This document shows, piece by piece, positions 57,393 through 64,000 of a stretch of 64,000 bases of DNA (position 1 is the stretch's first letter; every line of letters begins with the position of its first letter). Under the pieces are notes generated by a model. The model saw nothing but the letters and a program-made list of their open reading frames with translations. It had not been told where the DNA came from and ran no database searches. A program made the position numbers and the translations under genes. This DNA is from Spirochaetaceae bacterium (lineage in GTDB: Bacteria; Spirochaetota; Spirochaetia; DSM-2461). The stretch is taken from assembly GCA_051531975.1 (NCBI GenBank), contig JAOPTT010000013.1:128001-192000 (forward strand). The letters are read 5' to 3'.

Positions 57393-59840
57393 ATGAGAAA
57401 CAATGTAAAACTTTTAGCAACTGTTACTATATCGCTAATAATAATTGCTCAGCTTTTAAATACAGCACTAACACTTTCTGGTTTTGAAGAAACATATACT
57501 CAGTCATTTCAAACTAAGTATGAAAACCTATCTCAGACATTTAAATCAAGTGTTGAAAGAGATGTAAACCTTGGTAAAAATATATACCTCTTAAATAATG
57601 TGGCACCCACAATTTTTAACGAGATCAAATCAGACGATTTATCTATAAAAAATCTGTACATATTAGATCAAAATAGACTTATTAGTTTTTCTTCAGATAC
57701 TGAAGCTGTAGAGATGATACTTGGGGATGAAAGTTTTCCTGTTTACAAAGATAATCCTTCAACCTATGATTTATTAAAAACCAATGTTGTAGACTATAAA
57801 AAATCAAAGTTCTTTATTAGTCCTGTATATTACAATAATGTATCTTTTCGGGGATATACAGTTATCGAATTTGAGAAAAATATTATAAACCAATATATCT
57901 TTCAACTTTTTATAGGAAGTCTACCAGTATCTGGTCTTATTCTTGTTGGCGCTTTAATATTATTAATTATATTCCTTAGTTTAGCACGAAATACTTTTAG
58001 AGAAGATTCAACATACAAAAAAAGAACATTTGTAAGCTCTTTAATAATTCTTTCTACTATTTTGATTGTTCAGTTAACATATACTTTTTACAATCAGTCT
58101 TATTATAGGACCTCTTATCTAAAAACGTATAACGATACTGTAACAAACCTTGAAAGTTATGTAGAGGATGAGTTTGAATTTGTATTGGGTCTTGGTCTTC
58201 CATTAGAAAGCATTAAAGATGCAGAGTTTGAGCTTCAGAGAAATTTTCTATCATATGAGATGGTAGATCAGATGTTAATTACTGATAAAGATGGAAATAT
58301 CTTTTATTCAGTATACGGTGATATTGCATATTCATCTTTTGTCCATGGAAGTGATCATGAAGGTGCAGGAAATATAAAACTAATATCAGACGAATTTAAT
58401 AGACTTGTATCTTTAGAGGTAGATGGTGAATTAAAAGGTTATTTACAAATAAAGTTAGATTCCAAAGCAGTAAATAAAGCACTGTTTGATATTCTTTTGG
58501 ATGCTTTAACTATTTTAGTTGTAATCTTTGTATTTACTTATGAATTGATTAGGTTATTCCTCATTTCAATGCCAGATAAAAAAGATAAAGTTGAGCACAA
58601 GGAAGTTACAGAACAGAAAAGTTTACAAGTTATTCGAATATCATCTTTTCTATTTTTCTTTGCAGCTTTAATTCCAATATCATTTTTACCTGATTTTATA
58701 AAACAAATATATGCTAATGATTCCATTAATATTTTTAATCTAGGACGGGATACGATTATCAGTTTACCGATTTCTGCATACATGTTAGGTGTCGCTGTAT
58801 TTATCCCTATAGTTGGTTTTTTATCTACTAAAGTAAAACTTAAGAAAATATTTCAGATTTCAATCACTCTTTTTATTGTTGGAACACTGTTAACAGCATT
58901 TTCAAGTAATATTATTATGTTAATAGTCTCAAGGTTTATTGCAGGTGCAGGTTATGGAGGTGTTATCATAAATGCTACATCCCTAGTTATGTCTAGTACT
59001 ACAAGTAAAAATAGAGCTTTAGGTTTTGGTTTTTGGGCAGCTGGTTTTGCTAGTGCAAGTATAACTGCTATCGCGATTGGTGGAGTTATTGTAAATAAAC
59101 TTGGATTTGAGGCAGGTTTGTTTCTTTCCATAGCCTTCTCAATAATATTTATTTTAGTTGTTCAGAAAACAGTTAAAGATTCAAAGCAAACTGTTAAAAA
59201 AGAATCAACAATGTCTGATCTGGTTATTATATTTAAAAACCCAAGCTTAGTTGCGAACTTATTATTCTCCAGTATTCCTTTTTCTTTAGCATATATTGGT
59301 CTGTTTCAATATGTCTTCCCTTTATACATGAGTGATAAAGGTATTTCACACAGTAATATAGGTCGTGTATTAACTGTTTACGGTTTAATAAGCTTATTAA
59401 CACCATTAATCTCCAAAATTGCTGACAAAACTAAAAAAGAGAAAAACCTAATCATGATTGGTAATACTATAACTGGTTTGGCTCTGATTTCTTTTTATGT
59501 TTTAAATAAATATTTTGTAGATCTTCCTGCAATATTAATACTTATTCCAGCATTAATTGGTATGGGTTTTGGTGGTTCTATAATTGATGCAGTTGAGGAA
59601 GTTTTTATCACATCGACACCAGAAGCACAGGATATAGGTGAAACAAGGTTATTAAGTCTCTATACTACTTATGACAAAATGATTTCGGTAGTTGTACCAA
59701 TATTAGCAGGAGTTCTTGTTTCTGTATTTGGTTATTATACCAGTATCGGAATGATTGGACTGTTTACATTTTTAGGTGTATTTGTCTTTGCAATAATGAG
59801 CAGAAATTTTAAAAAAAATACCGGAGAAGTTAATGCCTAA
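57393..59840 (+). CDS. MFS transporter with two N-terminal periplasmic sensor-like domains
   Basis: ATG 57393 with SD AGGAG; TM-domain-2TM-domain-TM, then a 12-TM MFS (SRFIAGAGYG). Confidence 0.8.
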   Translation: MRNNVKLLATVTISLIIIAQLLNTALTLSGFEETYTQSFQTKYENLSQTFKSSVERDVNLGKNIYLLNNVAPTIFNEIKSDDLSIKNLYILDQNRLISFSSDTEAVEMILGDESFPVYKDNPSTYDLLKTNVVDYKKSKFFISPVYYNNVSFRGYTVIEFEKNIINQYIFQLFIGSLPVSGLILVGALILLIIFLSLARNTFREDSTYKKRTFVSSLIILSTILIVQLTYTFYNQSYYRTSYLKTYNDTVTNLESYVEDEFEFVLGLGLPLESIKDAEFELQRNFLSYEMVDQMLITDKDGNIFYSVYGDIAYSSFVHGSDHEGAGNIKLISDEFNRLVSLEVDGELKGYLQIKLDSKAVNKALFDILLDALTILVVIFVFTYELIRLFLISMPDKKDKVEHKEVTEQKSLQVIRISSFLFFFAALIPISFLPDFIKQIYANDSINIFNLGRDTIISLPISAYMLGVAVFIPIVGFLSTKVKLKKIFQISITLFIVGTLLTAFSSNIIMLIVSRFIAGAGYGGVIINATSLVMSSTTSKNRALGFGFWAAGFASASITAIAIGGVIVNKLGFEAGLFLSIAFSIIFILVVQKTVKDSKQTVKKESTMSDLVIIFKNPSLVANLLFSSIPFSLAYIGLFQYVFPLYMSDKGISHSNIGRVLTVYGLISLLTPLISKIADKTKKEKNLIMIGNTITGLALISFYVLNKYFVDLPAILILIPALIGMGFGGSIIDAVEEVFITSTPEAQDIGETRLLSLYTTYDKMISVVVPILAGVLVSVFGYYTSIGMIGLFTFLGVFVFAIMSRNFKKNTGEVNA

Positions 59841-60936
59841 AAAAAAGTTATTATATATATGTGGTGGAGATGCTATAGAGCATATTCATTCGGTAAGAGC
59901 AATGCTTTTTCTTGCATCAGAAAGTAATACAGAAAAATATGACTTACAGTTCTTATATTTAGATGAAAAGGGAAAAATCTCAGGAAAACACAAAACAAGA
60001 GATTATTTTGTAAATCGAATAAATGAGTGGTCTGAGACATGGAATGAAAAACCTAGTGACGATTTCAGACAATTACTTTTTGATGGTACTGAATATTTAG
60101 GTGATGATGATGGTATACAAAATCTATCAAATCTATTCCAAGATAATTCTCCTGATGTTGCGTTTCCTATATTTCATGGGCAGCAAGGAGAAGATGGTCT
60201 ATTCCAGGGGTTACTTGATATATTAAAGATTCCATATATCGGTTCAGGTGTTAGTGGCTCAGTTATTGGTAACGATAAAGACTTTAACTCCAGGCTATGT
60301 GCTTCCTATGGCATTAAAGTTCCAGCTTATCGCACTATTACAAAATATGACTGGAATGATGATCAATTAGGTTCTATCAAAAAAATTGAAACAGCAATAA
60401 CCTATCCAATTTTTGTTAAACCTTGTTGTTTAGGTTCTTCTATGGGTATATCTAAGGTATATAAAAAAGAAGAATTAATAGAAGCTGTAAGTAAAAGTTT
60501 TACTTATGGTGATAAACTACTCTTAGAAGAACATCAGGATGGCAGAGAAATTGGAATTGGGATAATAGGACATGATGAGGTTAATTTTAGTGTCCCTGTA
60601 GAATTTTTCTCAGTAAATGACTTTTTTGATTATGATGCAAAATATGGAGAAAAAGCTCTTCCTGTAGAAATTCCAGCAAATATTTCTGATGAAATACTAA
60701 ATAAATTAAAAGAAAATGCACACAAAGTCTATAGAGCATTAGGCTTGTCTGGAATGGCTCGATTAGACTTTTTTCTTCATGATGGGGAGTTAGTTTATAA
60801 TGAGTGTAATACTGTTCCTGGATTTGGAGTTCAAAGTGTGTTTAATCAAATGTGGAAAGAAACAGGATTAACAACAGCTCAATTCATTGATCAATTAGTT
60901 TTGTTTTCAGAAGAAAAACATAATGTACAAATATAA
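59833..60936 (+). CDS. D-Ala-D-Ala ligase-family ATP-grasp enzyme
   Basis: GGxxxEH, FPIFHGQQGEDG, FVKP...GSSMG, FFDYDAKY, ARLDFF, NECNTVPGF. Confidence 0.9.
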   Translation: MPKKKLLYICGGDAIEHIHSVRAMLFLASESNTEKYDLQFLYLDEKGKISGKHKTRDYFVNRINEWSETWNEKPSDDFRQLLFDGTEYLGDDDGIQNLSNLFQDNSPDVAFPIFHGQQGEDGLFQGLLDILKIPYIGSGVSGSVIGNDKDFNSRLCASYGIKVPAYRTITKYDWNDDQLGSIKKIETAITYPIFVKPCCLGSSMGISKVYKKEELIEAVSKSFTYGDKLLLEEHQDGREIGIGIIGHDEVNFSVPVEFFSVNDFFDYDAKYGEKALPVEIPANISDEILNKLKENAHKVYRALGLSGMARLDFFLHDGELVYNECNTVPGFGVQSVFNQMWKETGLTTAQFIDQLVLFSEEKHNVQI

Positions 60937-60978
60937 AGTACATATATTAAAAGAGTAACAATATTTAAGGAGTTTGAT

Positions 60979-62994
60979 ATGACTAAAAACAGCTTGAAAA
61001 GTAGACTTAGAGGGGCCTTTCTTTTAATTACGATACTCTCTATAAGTTTAACTATATTATTTTCTCTTGTTTACTTTTATATTGCAGTTCGAAATGAAAC
61101 TATAAAAACAATGGAAACTAAGATAAATATCGCTCAGGAGCTTATTTATGAAGGGAAGAAAGAAAATGTAGATTCATTTACTAGAACTCTTTCCTCAAAT
61201 AACTTATTAAAAGTTACTGTAGATCTAGATATTCGAAATAAAATAAATGAATATTTAATTGATGTAATTAATACTGAAAAAAAATATCATATCACAGTAT
61301 TTGACTCCGACTTTAATAAAATGGCTGTTGTTGGTCTGGGGGGTAGTGTCCTCGCGGAAAATCCTGAGATCTCTCAGTTAAAATTAAACCCATTTGCAGT
61401 TGCAGCCTTAAAGGGTGATTCATTAACATCCACTGAGATGTTATTTACATCAACTGGACAAAGATTATTATCTATTACATCTGCGTATCCTGTTGAAAGA
61501 AATGGAGTTGCTGGTGGAATATTGGTTCGTTACATTTTAAACGATAATTATGAAATTGTTGATAAAATAAAAGAAGAATTAGAAGTGGATGCACAAATAT
61601 TTATAGGCTCCAATTCTATTAGTTCAACCACCGAGTCAGTTAATAGTGATCTGATTCTTACCGGTTTAACTAGGATTGAGAACTTTGAGGATTATGATAA
61701 CTTTGCAATATCAAAACTCTGGTTTGGAAAACAATTTGGGCAATTTGTAGCATTATCAAACCCTAATGGTCAGTCCATTGGTGTTTTAGGTATTAGTATA
61801 TCATCTGATAAATATATGAAGACTTTTTTAAACGCACTATTCTTTTATTTTTTGATTTTGATAGCACTTTTTGGTTTTGGGTTGTTATTTATCATTTCTA
61901 TTTCAAATAGTATTATTCATCCTATAAATGGTTTATTAGATGGAGTAAATAAAATTACCGAAGGTGATTTAAGTCATGAGATAAAAATAAGTTTTATGGA
62001 AGAAATAGGGCGGCTATCAAAAGCGTTTAACGAAATGCGTGAAACATTAAAAGAAAAAATTGGTACCATTCAGGATATGAATTCAAGTCTTGAAGGAACT
62101 ATTAAAAAGAGAACAGAGACTATTGAAACCCTGTTAAATACTATGAGACGTTATCTACCTTCTCAGCTATATAATGCGATGTCAGACAAGGAGTTTAACG
62201 GAGATACACGTTTTCATTATCGTAAAAAACTTACAGTATTCTTCTCTGATATTGTTAGCTTCACTTCCACAACAGAAAAACTTGAACCAGAAGACTTATC
62301 AGAACTTCTTAATCAATATTTAGATAATATGTCTAAAATTGCTGCGAAGTGGGGAGGTACCATCGATAAGTTTATAGGTGATGCTATAATGGTATTTTTT
62401 GGTGATCCTGAATTTACTAATGATCGAGATCATGCCCTAAGAGCTGTTCGAATGAGTATGGAAATGATTGTCTGCATGGATGAATTAAGAGATGTATGGA
62501 AAAATTTAGGGGTAGAGAAACCTCTTCATATAAGAATGGGAATTAATACGGGTTATTGTACTGTTGGTAACTTTGGTAGTGAGGATCGAATGGATTATAC
62601 CATAATTGGTGGAAACGTTAATCTTGCCTCTCGATTTGAAACAGCTGCAGCACCAGATACTATTTTAATAAGCCATGAAACATATGCTTTAATAAAAGAT
62701 GAAATAAATTGTGAGAAAATTTCAGAATTGACACTAAAAGGTTTTGATCAAGCTATAAAAGCATATAGAGTTCTAGGTGAAAAAACTCAAAAAACAAAAA
62801 TGAAATTACTTTCCATTAATGAAAATGGGCTGAAGATAAAGAATTTTAATTTTAATCAAAAAGAACTTGAACAAGATGATCGAGTAGAACTAATTCGAAA
62901 TCTTAATCTAGCTCTTAATTATGCTAAAGGAGAAATCTCTAGTGTATATGATGAGAATAACGATGTGTGGAAATTTGTAAGAAATACTAAATAG
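60979..62994 (+). CDS. Membrane class III adenylate cyclase (periplasmic Cache-like domain, HAMP)
   Basis: 2 TMs, HAMP (EEIGRLSKAFNEM), FSDIVSFT, DKFIGDA (Lys), DYTIIGGNVNLASR (Asp/Asn/Arg), i.e. adenine-specifying residues. Confidence 0.93.
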   Translation: MTKNSLKSRLRGAFLLITILSISLTILFSLVYFYIAVRNETIKTMETKINIAQELIYEGKKENVDSFTRTLSSNNLLKVTVDLDIRNKINEYLIDVINTEKKYHITVFDSDFNKMAVVGLGGSVLAENPEISQLKLNPFAVAALKGDSLTSTEMLFTSTGQRLLSITSAYPVERNGVAGGILVRYILNDNYEIVDKIKEELEVDAQIFIGSNSISSTTESVNSDLILTGLTRIENFEDYDNFAISKLWFGKQFGQFVALSNPNGQSIGVLGISISSDKYMKTFLNALFFYFLILIALFGFGLLFIISISNSIIHPINGLLDGVNKITEGDLSHEIKISFMEEIGRLSKAFNEMRETLKEKIGTIQDMNSSLEGTIKKRTETIETLLNTMRRYLPSQLYNAMSDKEFNGDTRFHYRKKLTVFFSDIVSFTSTTEKLEPEDLSELLNQYLDNMSKIAAKWGGTIDKFIGDAIMVFFGDPEFTNDRDHALRAVRMSMEMIVCMDELRDVWKNLGVEKPLHIRMGINTGYCTVGNFGSEDRMDYTIIGGNVNLASRFETAAAPDTILISHETYALIKDEINCEKISELTLKGFDQAIKAYRVLGEKTQKTKMKLLSINENGLKIKNFNFNQKELEQDDRVELIRNLNLALNYAKGEISSVYDENNDVWKFVRNTK

Positions 62995-63005
62995 AACTAA
63001 TCCTT

Positions 63006-63024
63006 AATATTAGAGTCTAATATT
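63006..63024. promoter_or_regulatory. Palindrome downstream of the cyclase and upstream of the GGDEF promoter (terminator or operator)
   Basis: AATATTAGA-G-TCTAATATT. Confidence 0.45.
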
Positions 63025-63045
63025 GCTATTAAAAAGCATATAAAC

Positions 63046-63074
63046 TTGACGTAAATATTAAGTTCTCTTATCAT
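63046..63074 (+). promoter_or_regulatory. Sigma-70-like promoter of the GAF-GGDEF gene
   Basis: TTGACG-17 nt-TATCAT. Confidence 0.65.
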
Positions 63075-63110
63075 TTAGTTACTCTAGAGTTAACTGTATA
63101 AAGGAATTTA

Positions 63111-64000
63111 ATGGATACTACTAAACAAAACAGACTGTTTGCTAATATAGGAAAGTTAATTACATCCTCTTTAGATTCTACGTCCATTTTAGAAAGGATC
63201 ATGAGCGAGGTTCAACTCTATTTTAATCCTCTACATTGGAGCCTTTTTAAGTTTGATCGGACTTCTAACTTATTATACTTTGCTATTTTTGAAGGTGCAG
63301 ATGTTGAACAGGTGAAACATGTTAAACTTAAACCTGGAGAGGGTATTGCAGGAACAGTAGTAAGCAGTGGAAAATCAATATTTGTTAAAGATGCAGCTAA
63401 AGATTCTAGATTCTCAAATAAAGTAGACCTTTTAACAGGTTTTCAAACAGAATCAATTATTGCTGTACCTATTAAAATAAACAATGAAGTTTATGGTGTT
63501 ATTGAAATTATTAACCATGAAAATCATGACCTGTTTAGCGATGAAGATCATTTTATATTACAGAGCATTGCAGATTTTGCAGCAATTGCTTTTAAAAATA
63601 ATTCAAGGTATGTGGAAGCAATAAAGAGAAGTGAGATTGATGCACTTACTGGCCTGTTTAATAAGAGTAAACTTACGGACTTAATTGAACATCATACTAA
63701 GAAAGAATATCCAACAAGGCGAGACCATGATAATGATGCTGAAATTATTATCGTATTTATTGACCTAGATGAATTTAAGAGTATTAACGATACCTATGGG
63801 CATAGTGAGGGAGATGAAGTTTTAATGAACTTAGCAATGAGACTTCGCTCTGTATTCAGAAGTGATGATCTTATTTTCAGAGTTGGCGGTGATGAGTTTC
63901 TAGTATATATTGAGATTGAGGACGCTAATGAAGCAGATTTAATAATAAACCGAATCTCAAATTTACTCTCAACCCTAACGATCTCCTCTTTAACAAAAGA
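63111..64000 (+). CDS. GAF-GGDEF diguanylate cyclase, truncated by window end (absent from ORF track)
   Basis: Manual translation from ATG 63111 (SD AAGGA): GAF (GEGIAGTV...DSRF...IIAVP), DALTGLFN, IDLDEFKSINDTYGH, RSDD I-site, GGDEF. Confidence 0.93.
   Translation, partial: MDTTKQNRLFANIGKLITSSLDSTSILERIMSEVQLYFNPLHWSLFKFDRTSNLLYFAIFEGADVEQVKHVKLKPGEGIAGTVVSSGKSIFVKDAAKDSRFSNKVDLLTGFQTESIIAVPIKINNEVYGVIEIINHENHDLFSDEDHFILQSIADFAAIAFKNNSRYVEAIKRSEIDALTGLFNKSKLTDLIEHHTKKEYPTRRDHDNDAEIIIVFIDLDEFKSINDTYGHSEGDEVLMNLAMRLRSVFRSDDLIFRVGGDEFLVYIEIEDANEADLIINRISNLLSTLTISSLTK

Noticed and set aside
4980..58783. Numerous 60-140 aa ORFs antisense to or nested in real genes (e.g. 4980-5279, 33145-33567, 56940-57131 ending in His6)
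   Set aside because: Shadow ORFs of well-supported genes with no motifs; the His run is just the reverse complement of the GAT repeat
55000..60936. Vancomycin-resistance (vanC/vanG-like racemase + ligase) cassette
   Set aside because: No vanX/XY, vanH or vanRS; the racemase lacks the VanT membrane domain; the ligase omega loop is Tyr-type (DYDAKY)
1..64000. CRISPR arrays, tRNA/rRNA genes, IS elements, prophage or defence genes
   Set aside because: Intergenic gaps are short (about 200 bp or less) with no direct-repeat/spacer arrays or cloverleaf-like GC-rich segments; no transposase, integrase or phage motifs recognised

Overview
AT-rich, very gene-dense bacterial chromosome segment, most likely from a free-living spirochaete (Spirochaetales). 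The assignment is inferred from gene order and families: pyrG-lptCAB-rpoN-hpf-hprK-ptsH...lexA-holA converging on uvrC, flhG-like/fapA/lgt, and DUF2259. Positions 1-52 kb are mostly housekeeping: uvrC, holA, lexA, an NtrY/NtrX-type pair, the rpoN operon, pyrG, cheR/cheB, carD-ispF, oppA, a DAHP synthase-prephenate dehydratase fusion, acyl-CoA ligase, nnr, rsmE, ctpA, lgt, a K+ channel and nadE. No rRNA, tRNA, CRISPR array or mobile element was recognised. The best candidate for an undescribed system is the co-directional cluster at 52.2-63.0 kb. It encodes an Npt/TLC-like transporter with two cNMP-binding domains, an ornithine/lysine-racemase-like PLP enzyme, an orphan ABC-type binding lipoprotein, an MFS transporter fused to two periplasmic sensor-like domains, a D-Ala-D-Ala-ligase-like enzyme and a membrane HAMP adenylate cyclase. 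It reads like a module that makes, exports and senses a D-amino-acid dipeptide and signals through cAMP (inference). Other observations: a near-consensus sigma-54 promoter placing +1 at an ATG, a recurrent leaderless-promoter pattern, a probable CUG start for lptA, a degenerate YmdB, a non-canonical K+ filter next to a stand-alone cNMP protein, and a 32-aa YD-like repeat protein. All calls come from motif recognition by eye; no searches were run.
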